This document shows positions 53,700 to 63,564 of a DNA stretch of 64,000 nucleotides, piece after piece. The stretch is from Escherichia coli (lineage in GTDB: Bacteria; Pseudomonadota; Gammaproteobacteria; Enterobacterales; Enterobacteriaceae), in the NCBI RefSeq assembly GCF_030384885.1, contig NZ_CP128613.1. One strand, written 5' to 3'. A program made the position numbers and the translations under genes. The notes below the pieces were generated by a model. That model was not told where the DNA came from. It saw nothing but the letters and a program-made list of their open reading frames with translations, and did no database searches. Positions within the stretch are counted from its first letter, which is position 1, and each line of letters starts with the position of its first letter.

Positions 53700-54950
53700 G
53701 GTTGTGTTTAGGGCCGGGGAGAGTCGGGGTAAGACTACGAAAGCCCGCTCCCAGCAAGGACTGACGCCAGATAGTTTCTGTCCATGGCTGCTTTTCGCAT
53801 CTTACGTCTTAACCCTGCCTTGAATACCTTATCATTCGTTAAAATATTAATAGCGATGTGCCGTATCCCTGAAAATAATTCTGCGGCGTTTCCTCTTCGT
53901 ATTTTGCAGTCGTCTTCATTCATTACCACGTCCAGACGCCAGTGCAGCTTATTCTCCACGTGCCAGTGATTTCGGATCGCTGTGGCGAACTTTTCTGCGG
54001 TTAAATCAGCAGAACTGATATAATATCTGACCGTCATTTCTGGCTCTTTCTTTTGTTCTGCTATTATTGACCGAAAGGAGAATGCCACGCATAATTTCTT
54101 CAGTCCTTTCCATTCAAACGTGAAATCAATAAGTTCATCACGGACATCGCAAACAATATGAAGACGGATTTCTTCTCTGCCGTGACTCTTTTCACTCATT
54201 GCGTAACTGTCATGCTCTGGATTATTTAATTCTTTCAGCGGAAATTTTTCCTCGAAGGCTTTATTTAGCCGCCCCTGGTTTCCTTTTACAGCGAATAAAT
54301 AATCACCTCCCTGTTTTTGTATCTTCTCTGCAATATCTTTCTGGCAACCCATCGCATCAGTTGTGATGATTTTTCCTTTAATATCCAGAATGTTAAGAAG
54401 TTCTGGGATAGCTGTAATCTCATTGGATTTCTCATCCGTCCTGATCTGTCCGATGACCAGACTGTGCATTGTTGAGAATGCACTAATGACATGAATCGCT
54501 CCCCTGCGGCGACTCTTGTCATAAGAATGCCGGAGTGTTTTTCCATCAATTGCGATGACGTCTTTATCATCTGAAGTATGGCAATCTCGCATCCAGTTAA
54601 TAAAGCACTCGTGAAATTTTGAAGGACTGATACAGGATACAACTCTGGCGATGGTATCGTGAACAGGAATACCATTTTCAAAATCACCATATTGTTTTAA
54701 AAAATCGCGATGTGCTTCCCCAAACTCCTCTATATGTTCCCAGCCTTCTGCACCAGAAATAACGGCACAAATAGTCAACAGTAGAATATCCGACAATTTA
54801 TGTTTCACTTTTGCAGGATTGTCTGTAATCGGGAATAACAGAAATATGTTCCATCAATTTTTTAAGTTCCATTCTTTTCTCCTTAATTATGTAAGGAGTA
54901 TTTGATCATGTATAAGCAATAAAAAAACAGCTTCAGGCAATGAGGAATAT
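53700..54950 (-). mobile_element. ISAs1-family insertion sequence (H-repeat element), approximate boundaries
   Basis: Transposase ORF plus flanking sequence; terminal inverted repeats not mapped. Confidence 0.5.
53735..54808 (-). CDS. ISAs1-family (H-repeat-associated) transposase; N-terminus appears frameshifted
   Basis: 357-aa ORF from a GTG; an upstream ATG-initiated segment ([21 protein letters not shown]) lies in a different frame across an A-run near 54809-54812. Confidence 0.8.
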   Translation of the reverse strand: MKHKLSDILLLTICAVISGAEGWEHIEEFGEAHRDFLKQYGDFENGIPVHDTIARVVSCISPSKFHECFINWMRDCHTSDDKDVIAIDGKTLRHSYDKSRRRGAIHVISAFSTMHSLVIGQIRTDEKSNEITAIPELLNILDIKGKIITTDAMGCQKDIAEKIQKQGGDYLFAVKGNQGRLNKAFEEKFPLKELNNPEHDSYAMSEKSHGREEIRLHIVCDVRDELIDFTFEWKGLKKLCVAFSFRSIIAEQKKEPEMTVRYYISSADLTAEKFATAIRNHWHVENKLHWRLDVVMNEDDCKIRRGNAAELFSGIRHIAINILTNDKVFKAGLRRKMRKAAMDRNYLASVLAGSGLS

Positions 54951-54994
54951 CTCAATTTTTAAACATAAAATGCGAATTGTTTAGTACAAAAAAG

Positions 54995-57000
54995 CAGCGT
55001 TAAGTGAGTAGGCCACCGGAACCTCCCCGACAGCCTCTCGCAGAACCGTACGTGAAACTCTCGCTTCATACGGCTCCCGTCAGGCAAACGCGCTTCCTGG
55101 TCCTGCTTTCCAGTGGGCAAACAACTCCGGCTTCTCTTTTGACAGCCTTTCCATTAGCTGACACGCCTTCGTCTTTCTATACCGCAGGGTTTTATATTTC
55201 TTTCTCGCCCACGCAATCAGCGTCAGATTAATATATCTGCATACTTTCTTCATCGCTGATTTGTGGTATCTCGCGTAATAATTCAGCCACCCCGATATTA
55301 TCGGATTCAGCCACTTCGCAATATCTTCGAGACTCATCTCCACCCTGCGTCTGATCCACAGTTTCCTGAGTTTTCCAATCATGCCTTTCTGCGCACGGTT
55401 ACTCGCCGCCGGGCTGAAACTCGTAAAGAGGTTTCCCCGCCGGTGGTTACGTGCTCTTCGCGCTCTGAACGTATACCCCAGAAAATCAAACTGCACTGTT
55501 TCATGGTTCGCCTGTCGTTCGCTGTCTTTGCAGTAAACTATTTTCGTTTTCTCCGGATGTAATTCCAGTCCACATTCCTGAAAACGTTTTGCCAGCTTAT
55601 TCAGTAATTCCTCTGCCTGTTGTTTACTGCCACAATGAATTAATCCATCATCTGCATAACGGCACCAGGGAATTTCCGGATAATGTAACGTCAGCCATTT
55701 ATCAAACACATAGTGCAGAAATAAATTCGCCAGTACCGGGCTGATGACTCCACCCTGTGGCGTACCTTTATTTCTTTCCTTCAGTGTTCCATCCGGCATC
55801 TGCACCGGCGCTGTCAGCCACCGGCGAATAGACAGTCTTACCCATTTATCCGCACAATGTTTATCCACTGCCCTGAGTAATAAATCGTGGGGGATATTAT
55901 CGAATAACCCTTTAATATCAAACTCAAGACACCAGTCGTATTGCCAGCAACGTTTTCTGGTGACTGCTATTGCATCCAGCGCTGATTTTCCATGCCGGTA
56001 TCCGTATGAATCATTCAGGAAATAACGCTCCACTAATGGTTCAAACGTTACCAGCACCGTCATCTGCGCTATTCGATCGCTTACTGTCGGTATTCCTAAA
56101 AGTCTTTTGCTGCCATCCTTCTTCGGAATTTCCACCGCACGCACTGGCGGCGGCATCCAGCTTCCCGACGATAACCTGTTCCAGATTTTGTACAGATTTC
56201 CTTTCAGATCCCGCTCAAAATCTTTCAGCGTCTGGTTATCCACTCCGGCAGCTCCGGCATTCGCCTTTATCCGCCGGTACGCTTCCACCACATGCAATTT
56301 ACTGACCTGAAACGGTTTTGTCTGTTCACACACAGCCTCCTCCTGCCTACAGTTGGGCTGTGATGCAGACTGCCCGACGCTGTCCCTTCGCTCCACGTTC
56401 ATTACAAACGCTTCCTCACTACTACGAACAGCTCTGCCCCGGTTTCGCACATCGATACTCTCATACTCATAATTTCGGTTATTTGTATTTCTCTCTTGAC
56501 ATTGCGACGACCGGTTCCCGTAGTTCCTGCAAAGAGCCCGATACAGCGTCATGCCTGCTATACACCGGACATCATTCACGCAGCATTCGGAATTCACCCG
56601 TAAATTAATCCCGGCGGTATCACGAAACCTCCGGTTTTGATGTCACTTAGGACTAACGACGTTTCAACACAGGTTCGGGTTTACTCATCTCACTGTATCT
56701 CACATAGGATCAGATCTCGTCTGATCGTTCCCCCTGCGCTCACTACCATGGCTCTTTACCACAGCAGCCGGGGTTGTTTGGGACCGACTTCCGACAGCAG
56801 ATCCCGGTGGGCCTGCCACCATCTCTTCACAAGCTTATGCTTATTACATGCAAAACGTCCCGTTTTGCATCTTTGTGCCTACGGCACACCGTGATCTTTC
56901 CCTAGCATATCGCCCTGACGCGCCGCTGGTTTTACGCTCATGGTATCTCCTTAAATTATTTTGGGCTGTATTCTGGCACCATAGACTCTGATTTATCACC
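54995..57000 (-). mobile_element. Bacterial group II intron (approximate boundaries) with intron-encoded reverse transcriptase/maturase
   Basis: RT ORF plus a domain V hairpin on the minus strand (GAGCCGTATGAAGCGAGAGTTTCACGTACGGTTC, about 55042-55075) immediately 3' of the ORF stop; 5' boundary estimated about 0.6 kb upstream of the ORF start. Confidence 0.7.
55080..56597 (-). CDS. Group II intron reverse transcriptase/maturase (true start probably internal, about 56402)
   Basis: RT fingers/palm motifs incl. YADD (CRYADDGLIHC), then maturase X-domain and C-terminal Zn-finger-like region. Confidence 0.85.
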   Translation of the reverse strand: MNSECCVNDVRCIAGMTLYRALCRNYGNRSSQCQERNTNNRNYEYESIDVRNRGRAVRSSEEAFVMNVERRDSVGQSASQPNCRQEEAVCEQTKPFQVSKLHVVEAYRRIKANAGAAGVDNQTLKDFERDLKGNLYKIWNRLSSGSWMPPPVRAVEIPKKDGSKRLLGIPTVSDRIAQMTVLVTFEPLVERYFLNDSYGYRHGKSALDAIAVTRKRCWQYDWCLEFDIKGLFDNIPHDLLLRAVDKHCADKWVRLSIRRWLTAPVQMPDGTLKERNKGTPQGGVISPVLANLFLHYVFDKWLTLHYPEIPWCRYADDGLIHCGSKQQAEELLNKLAKRFQECGLELHPEKTKIVYCKDSERQANHETVQFDFLGYTFRARRARNHRRGNLFTSFSPAASNRAQKGMIGKLRKLWIRRRVEMSLEDIAKWLNPIISGWLNYYARYHKSAMKKVCRYINLTLIAWARKKYKTLRYRKTKACQLMERLSKEKPELFAHWKAGPGSAFA

Positions 57001-57138
57001 AATACTCAAAACACCATTAATCAGAAAAATCAGCATCTACATATAATTAATTAGAATAATTCAATAAATTATTTTTCTGCCATTATTGACTTGGCTTTTT
57101 ATTGAATGAAATAAAAGAAAAAATCATCACCTAAAAAT

Positions 57139-57777
57139 TTAGTAGACGTTTCTTGTTACTATATGCGCATCATCAACCAAACGCCCGGAACTATCTGTTT
57201 CCTCATGATCAGATACACACATTTCTGGTGCATATCCTGAAAAATCAGAAGTCGCATTCGGATAATTTGTGACATCTAATCTTAATTTAAAACTATATAT
57301 CTCCCAAAATAATTCAGGAGATCTTTCAGGCAAAAAATCATAAATATCAATAAGTATCTTCATCCCCCTTACACGGAACTCCCTCCTGTGTCCATATAAC
57401 GGATGATCTTTACATCCACCAATGATTTGGGACAGAAAAAATCTTGCTCGTGTTTCTGTTACTCCCCAATTAGCAACAGGTTGAAAAATTTCAGAACCAT
57501 CTTTCACACTAAAAAATTTACATTGGTAAAAGCCTGAAAACGTACCATATTCTCCAATATATTTTTCTGATTCATTATAATCCATGCAAACAAAAACATA
57601 TTCAATATCTCCATTTTTTGCCATAACATCATGGATAATAAATGGATTGTTTTGTGATACAGAGAAAATACTATGTACGTTCTGCACTTCAACATTTAAA
57701 GCCCATATATCACTGGGAAAGAAAATCAAACATATCAAATACAACCAAAATTTCATTATTGCGTACCACTCGGACAA
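57139..57777 (-). CDS. Putative immunity protein cognate to the upstream Rhs C-terminal toxin (secreted/periplasmic, about 205-212 aa)
   Basis: Starts at or overlapping the Rhs-fragment stop; hydrophobic N-terminus; AT-rich. Confidence 0.45.
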   Translation of the reverse strand: MSEWYAIMKFWLYLICLIFFPSDIWALNVEVQNVHSIFSVSQNNPFIIHDVMAKNGDIEYVFVCMDYNESEKYIGEYGTFSGFYQCKFFSVKDGSEIFQPVANWGVTETRARFFLSQIIGGCKDHPLYGHRREFRVRGMKILIDIYDFLPERSPELFWEIYSFKLRLDVTNYPNATSDFSGYAPEMCVSDHEETDSSGRLVDDAHIVTRNVY

Positions 57778-58748
57778 CTCATATCATCAGGTATAGTAAT
57801 TATTACATCTTGAATGCCCATATCCTTCTCTAGCCCTGGTATTTCAAGAATCAACTTTCCGGGATTTTTATCCATTAACTTTTGCTGAGGGTTTATATTA
57901 TTTCTACGCAAAGCCGAATCATCAACGATGTCCCTGACACAACTAAACAGCTGAGTACCATCAGCTTTTAATTTTCCGCTAATAGAATTTATTTTATTTC
58001 TGGCAGATGGTTTATCCCTAAATCCCCATTGAGAAGGGATAATTGCTGTCGAGTCAGTTGTTACTCCGTATTTATCCAAATTTGAAGGACTAGTGTTATA
58101 TCCACCACCTTTCCCAACTAGTCTCGAATTTCCTTGTAATACTCGTGCGCTGCCTATACATTCTTTTAACCCCAAAGGATCTATATACCCCACAGGATCC
58201 AGCGGATACGCATACAGGTTCCAGCCCCCCTTCAGCCCTATCGGATCCTGGGTAATATACCTCCCCTGCAACGGGTCATAGTACCGGTGATGGTTGTAAT
58301 ACAGTCCCGACTCCTCATCATACTGCTGCCCCGGCAGACGGAGTGACTGTTGCAGGTGCAGCGTGCTTTCCTCTCCCAGCAGGTTTCCCCACTCGTCATA
58401 CTCCCCCTGCCACGCCGTTTCCCCTTCCGGGCTGATGAGCGCCTGCGGCAGCCCACGGTGGTCACAGTGGTAAAGATGAAGTTTCCTCTCCGGGATGTAT
58501 TCCGCCTCCATCTGCGCCGCCATCTGTTCCGCCGTCAGCCCGCACTGCGCAAGCCACTGCTGGCTTTCCTCACTCACCGCGCCCGTGCGCAGCTCCCGCT
58601 CCAGCCTTCCCAGCATCACCGCCAGCTCCGCCGGTAGCGTCACCCCCGTGTCCTCCTGCAACATCTCCGCCAGGCTATCCTGCATCGCCGTCTGGCCGGA
58701 AAGCCTGCAACAGCAGCAGGCTACGACACAATGGAATGAAGCACTCAA
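57756..58748 (-). CDS. Orphan Rhs C-terminal fragment: end of Rhs core (DPxGL boundary) plus about 140-aa variable toxin domain
   Basis: 330 aa; ...[45 protein letters not shown] then an unrelated AT-rich C-terminal domain; no full-length rhs upstream. Confidence 0.7.
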   Translation of the reverse strand: MSASFHCVVACCCCRLSGQTAMQDSLAEMLQEDTGVTLPAELAVMLGRLERELRTGAVSEESQQWLAQCGLTAEQMAAQMEAEYIPERKLHLYHCDHRGLPQALISPEGETAWQGEYDEWGNLLGEESTLHLQQSLRLPGQQYDEESGLYYNHHRYYDPLQGRYITQDPIGLKGGWNLYAYPLDPVGYIDPLGLKECIGSARVLQGNSRLVGKGGGYNTSPSNLDKYGVTTDSTAIIPSQWGFRDKPSARNKINSISGKLKADGTQLFSCVRDIVDDSALRRNNINPQQKLMDKNPGKLILEIPGLEKDMGIQDVIITIPDDMSCPSGTQ

Positions 58749-59105
58749 AACCCGCGCACAGAGTAGCCCACAGTTGCGTGGCTGGTTGCAGACCCGCCAG
58801 GACTTACATGCTTTTGCAGATCTCGTGATGCAGCGCGAGAAAGAGGGATTAACCCTTTCCTATATCAAAAATGTCATCTGGCAGGCGGAGCGGGGGCTGG
58901 GGCAGGAAACGCCTGTGGAATCTCTGCTGACGCAGTACCAGGATGCCCGTGCGCAGAAGCAGAATACAGATGCGCTGGAAAAACAGATTAACGAGCGGAT
59001 GGACGGCGTGTTAAGTCGCTGGCTGCTGCTGAAGAATAATACGATACCGACGATAAAAAAAGACATTGAATTTCAATAACATTCATGAATACAAAGGAGC
59101 TTTAA

Positions 59106-59585
59106 ATGGCGAATTTAATTTATTTAACACTAAATGGTGATAATCAAGGGCTCATTTCAAGTGGTTGTTCATCACAACCATCCATTGGAAATAAAGCTCA
59201 AACAGCACACATTGATCAAATTATGATTTATGAATTCATGCATGGATTAAATCGAGATCAAAACGTCAACCATCATCATTTGACAATAAAAAAACCTATA
59301 GATAAAGCATCACCCTTATTAGGCAAAGCAATTTGCGACAATGAATTATTGACATGTGATTTTTCCTTTTATCGTACAAATAAATTTGGAATTAATGAAC
59401 TGTACTATAAAATCAAATTAACTGGAGCAAAGATAAGCGACATTCATGTCTCTATATCACATATTGTTGTTGATAACAGCGTTCAACCCGAAGAGTCAGT
59501 TTCTTTCAGTTATGAGTCAATTATATGGGAGCATTGTTCCGCTGGCACTAGTGCATACAGTTTATGGGAAGATCGTCTTTTTTAA
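59106..59585 (+). CDS. hcp: Hcp-family protein (type VI secretion tube/carrier), orphan copy
   Basis: 159 aa; MANLIYLTLNGDNQGLISSG... and KPIDKASPLLGKAICDNELLTCDFSFYR...ELYYKIKLTGAKISDI match Hcp beta-sandwich conserved stretches by eye. Confidence 0.65.
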   Translation: MANLIYLTLNGDNQGLISSGCSSQPSIGNKAQTAHIDQIMIYEFMHGLNRDQNVNHHHLTIKKPIDKASPLLGKAICDNELLTCDFSFYRTNKFGINELYYKIKLTGAKISDIHVSISHIVVDNSVQPEESVSFSYESIIWEHCSAGTSAYSLWEDRLF

Positions 59586-59605
59586 AAATATCTGGGATTA
59601 TTATA

Positions 59606-60502
59606 ATGGCTAACAATATTTTACACTCTTCAACATCAGACAGTGAAAACAAAAATACAAGCACTGACAGTACGTTATTTAATGAAAAATTCCCATTTCA
59701 ACTAAGGCAAGATTTCGCATCAAGAATAACAGAAGATGAAAGTGATTTTTTTAAATGGAAAAAAATAAGAGAGTTGGCATTTGTGAGCAATCATAAAGAA
59801 TGGAATAAATATGACTTATTAATTTTAAAATCTGTTAATGAAATCAACATTCATTTGTCCAGCACTCCATACTTTCAGCCGTTGGATTGGTATATAATAA
59901 AAGCCATGCTCTGGACTGAAAACGATGCGGCAAATACTTCTCAGTGGAATGGTTATCCATTACAAATTGGTCGTTTTCGGAAAGATAAAGCGATGCCTGC
60001 TTTAATTTCTGGAGAAAAATCCACAGCCCTTGTTACCCCCCCACAATGGAGAAACAAAGCATTCAATGGGTTAAAAGATCCAGAAAGAAATTACTGGGCA
60101 AAAGAACAAATAACTGGCTCTCCAGAAGAGAATATCAAAGCAGCAATTACTTACTTAATGATGAAACTTTCTAATACAAAGGAAGAGTCAACTATCGTTC
60201 AATATGACTCAACTCTATATAGCACCATTGTCCAAAAAGGCGATTTGGCTGACAACATCAGAAAAGAGAGAAAAACGACCATACCTAACTTAACGAAAAA
60301 CAACCCTGGAAAAAATCTCGATAAAATACACCCGGGAGATATTTTATATTATCAAAAAGCATCCATGAAAGTAATAATTACTGGATGGAAACCTATCACA
60401 ATAAAAAATGTAGCGATGAATTATAATGGTGGTGGAGATCCCAAGTATGCAATAAAACTTCAGTTCGTTTATACATTGCTCACAAAAAACAGAGTGTTAT
60501 AA
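59606..60502 (+). CDS. Putative Hcp-associated effector (about 298 aa, no Cys, C-terminal LysM-like segment)
   Basis: ORF 59564..60502; likely start MANNILHSS; C-terminal YSTIVQKGDLADNIRKERKTTIPNLTKNNPGKNLDKIHPGDILYY resembles LysM spacing; followed by two small secreted proteins. Confidence 0.4.
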   Translation: MANNILHSSTSDSENKNTSTDSTLFNEKFPFQLRQDFASRITEDESDFFKWKKIRELAFVSNHKEWNKYDLLILKSVNEINIHLSSTPYFQPLDWYIIKAMLWTENDAANTSQWNGYPLQIGRFRKDKAMPALISGEKSTALVTPPQWRNKAFNGLKDPERNYWAKEQITGSPEENIKAAITYLMMKLSNTKEESTIVQYDSTLYSTIVQKGDLADNIRKERKTTIPNLTKNNPGKNLDKIHPGDILYYQKASMKVIITGWKPITIKNVAMNYNGGGDPKYAIKLQFVYTLLTKNRVL

Positions 60503-60504
60503 GA

Positions 60505-60954
60505 ATGGGAAAAATAACAATTATTCTACTGCTTACATTCTCATGTACAAAAGGTCTGGCATTTGACATTTCCATGTCTAAAGAATGTAGTGGCGTTGAT
60601 GAACTTGAATTTGTTGATTGTGTTAAAAACTCATTTATTATGAGCACTATTACACTTAAAAAAGCAGAAGTAAATATAAAAGAGAAAATTAAAAAATGGA
60701 ATAACGATGAGGACGAAGCAATAAGAAAAGAAGCAGTTATTTCTTTAAAAAGACTAGAATCTTCTAATCGGGAATTTATACGTTACAGATTTGCTCAATG
60801 CTCTTTTGCTCTAACCTGGGGGGCCAGAGTAGGACGTCTGGCATTCTCTCGACTATATCCATGCTATACTGAGTTAAACAAAATTAGAGCCATGCAACTA
60901 AACAATGCTTTCATTTCAGATTTTCAAAACCCAGATGAGATATCCAGCAAATGA
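60505..60954 (+). CDS. Small secreted Cys-containing helical protein; putative immunity protein 1
   Basis: 149 aa, N-terminal signal/anchor, four Cys; 3 bp after effector stop. Confidence 0.4.
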   Translation: MGKITIILLLTFSCTKGLAFDISMSKECSGVDELEFVDCVKNSFIMSTITLKKAEVNIKEKIKKWNNDEDEAIRKEAVISLKRLESSNREFIRYRFAQCSFALTWGARVGRLAFSRLYPCYTELNKIRAMQLNNAFISDFQNPDEISSK

Positions 60955-61307
60955 TTATTATAAAATTAAGATTAACATTACTATTTATACTGGCCACAAT
61001 TACATATTCAGTACAATCAGACGAATTCGATGATCAAACCACTTACACGAAATACCGTTATTTTTCCACAGCCATACCAGAAGATATACGTAGATTTATG
61101 TTCTACGTAGATTATTGCTTTGTAGATTTAGCATTCGATATCGAAACTGACTCAATGACAGCTAAAAATGATATTATTAATGAATGTACTCCATTAAAAG
61201 AAAGAAACAAAACATTAAAAGAAAAATATAAAAAAGATGAAGAGATAATAGCAATTCTTTCCATTGCAGATGATACCATTTTAATTTATGAAGAATTAAA
61301 AAAATAA
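60951..61307 (+). CDS. Small secreted protein; putative immunity protein 2
   Basis: 118 aa with signal peptide; 4-bp overlap with previous gene; very AT-rich. Confidence 0.35.
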   Translation: MIIIKLRLTLLFILATITYSVQSDEFDDQTTYTKYRYFSTAIPEDIRRFMFYVDYCFVDLAFDIETDSMTAKNDIINECTPLKERNKTLKEKYKKDEEIIAILSIADDTILIYEELKK

Positions 61308-61433
61308 CTCACATGCAATTCACTGGCAATATATATTATAATTTTATAAAAAAAATAATATTTACATTATAGAAATACTCAGCTCCTGTTTGCTGCCCGC
61401 CCTAAACTACAGGCGGCAGCATAACAATAACGA

Positions 61434-62234
61434 TTACTGGAATCGACTCACCAAGTCTTTCACCATCGATACATATGTTTTTTGTTTCAAATTAAACAGT
61501 TGCACTTCCGTAACATGGTCCTTTGATAGTTCTTTATTGCTCGTTTTTGTTATTCCAGCCGGCGGAAAAATTACTCTCGATTCATAATTCACCGGCGACC
61601 AGGTAGCCCACTCACCTGTTGCCACATCCACCAGCGTGAAACGTACCAGGTAGCGCAGGGAGATAGTGTCAGTGAGTTTTTCATTTTTATAGTCGGACCA
61701 TACTGTTGATTTCAGCGCAGAGTCATATTTTCCTGTCTGCAACGTATCATGGTAAACAATAATCGCTTTCTGATGCCCTTTCGCAGCCACAAAACGCAAT
61801 GCCTGCATCCAGTTCATATTTTCAGCACTGGCAACATCCTCGTTCTCATTTTTATCTTTATTTTTGTTACAAGTCAGAGGCTTTTGCCTGTCCGGGATAC
61901 CAGAGAATGTGGAAACAGTATAATATTTTCTCATCTCCTCCTGCATAATGGTTTCCGGTGCGCGACTGCCAGACTGGACAAGTATTACGGGAGAATTGAG
62001 AGGCACACGAAACTCATCTCCTTCAAGCGCAGCCTGAATATCCTCCTCGGATACAGCCAGAGTGGTTTCATTACCGAATAAATCTTTGTCTGTCAGTTGC
62101 GGGGGAATGTTTTTATTAATATTACTTTGTGTAACTTGAGCTTTTTTCTTTTTTTCATCAATAGAAGATTGAGAGGCACATCCTGCAAGCAGCGAGAATA
62201 ATACACATATGCAACAAACTTTTTTTGAATTCAT
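61434..62234 (-). CDS. yafT: Lipoprotein YafT
   Basis: 266 aa with lipobox LLAGC; conserved position next to aspV. Confidence 0.7.
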   Translation of the reverse strand: MNSKKVCCICVLFSLLAGCASQSSIDEKKKKAQVTQSNINKNIPPQLTDKDLFGNETTLAVSEEDIQAALEGDEFRVPLNSPVILVQSGSRAPETIMQEEMRKYYTVSTFSGIPDRQKPLTCNKNKDKNENEDVASAENMNWMQALRFVAAKGHQKAIIVYHDTLQTGKYDSALKSTVWSDYKNEKLTDTISLRYLVRFTLVDVATGEWATWSPVNYESRVIFPPAGITKTSNKELSKDHVTEVQLFNLKQKTYVSMVKDLVSRFQ

Positions 62235-62559
62235 AATCGGACACTCCCTCGCCTGTCATAATGATTAGAATATTTAGCACTGATAACGGACTCTAATTAT
62301 ATACCCCACTTAAATAATAACAAACAAAATCAACATGAAATATACATTCATTTAGTCAATATAAAATTATTCTCTAAAAATATATTTAAGTTGAATGGTT
62401 CGATATCATTATTGAATTTTAATAAATGAGACAACAAGCGAGAGTTACGCACTTACGCCAGAGTAAAATCATTGAACAGAGAAATAGCGGGATTTAAATG
62501 CAAAAAACCGCAAAATTAAAAATCTTGCGGTTCTCTGAACTCATTTTCATGAGTAAATT

Positions 62560-62636
62560 TGGCGGAACGGACGGGACTCGAACCCGCGACCCCCTGCGTG
62601 ACAGGCAGGTATTCTAACCGACTGAACTACCGCTCC
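62560..62636 (-). tRNA. aspV: tRNA-Asp (anticodon GUC)
   Basis: Reverse complement reads GGAGCGGTAGTTCAGTCGGTTAGAATACCTGCCTGTCACGCAGGGGGTCGCGGGTTCGAGTCCCGTCCGTTCCGCCA. Confidence 0.9.
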
Positions 62637-62768
62637 GCGTTGTGTTCCGTTGGGAACGAGGCGAATATTACGGATTGCCTCACCCTTCGTCAACGGTTTT
62701 TCTCATCTTTTGAATCGTTTGCTGCAAAAATCGCCCAAGTCGCTATTTTTAGCGCCTTTTACAGGTAT

Positions 62769-63500
62769 TTATGCCCGCCAGAGGCAGCTTCCGCCCTTTT
62801 TCTGCACCAGATCGAGACGGGCTTCATGTGCCGCAAGCTCTTCATCTGTCGCAAAAACAACGCGTAACTTACTTGCCTGACGCACAATGCGCTGAATTGT
62901 TGTTTCACCTTGTTGCTGTTGTGTCTCTCCTTCCATCGCAAAAGCCATCGACGTTTGACCACCAGTCATCGCCAGATAAACTTCCGCAAGGATCTGGGCA
63001 TCGAGTAATGCCCCGTGCAGCGTTCGTTTACTGTTATCTATTTCATAACGAGCACATAACGCATCAAGGCTGTTGCGCTTGCCAGGAAACATTTTCCTCG
63101 CCACCGCAAGGCTATCTGTGACCTTACAGAAGGTATTGGTCTTCGGAATATCGCGCTTGAGCAACGAAAACTCATAGTCCATAAAGCCGATATCGAACGC
63201 TGCGTTATGGATCACGAGCTCCGCGCCGCGAATATAGTTCATGAACTCATCGGCTACTTCGGCAAATGTGGGCTTATCGAGCAAAAACTCATCGGCAATA
63301 CCATGTACGCCAAAGGCTTCTGGATCCACCAGCCGATCGGGTTTGAGATAAACGTGAAAGTTATTGCCCGTCAGGCGACGGTTCACCACTTCAACGGCAC
63401 CAATCTCAATGATCTTGTGGCCTTCATAGTGCGCACCAATCTGGTTCATACCGGTGGTTTCGGTATCGAGAACGATCTGGCGTGTAATTGCAGTGCTCAT
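62769..63500 (-). CDS. dnaQ: DNA polymerase III epsilon subunit (3'-5' proofreading exonuclease)
   Basis: ORF 62769..63509; start [20 protein letters not shown]; DEDDh motifs. Confidence 0.95.
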
Positions 63501-63564
63501 AGCGGTCATTTATGTCAGACTTGTCATTTTACAGTTCGATTCAATTACAGGAAGTCTACCAGAG

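Noticed and set aside
54286-54690. 134-aa ORF on the minus strand
   Set aside because: Alternative frame within the ISAs1 transposase gene.
56637-56894. 85-aa ORF on the plus strand
   Set aside because: Lies inside the group II intron RNA (domains I-III) antisense to the intron; no coding signal.
61749-62081. 110-aa plus-strand ORF
   Set aside because: Antisense to the yafT lipoprotein gene.
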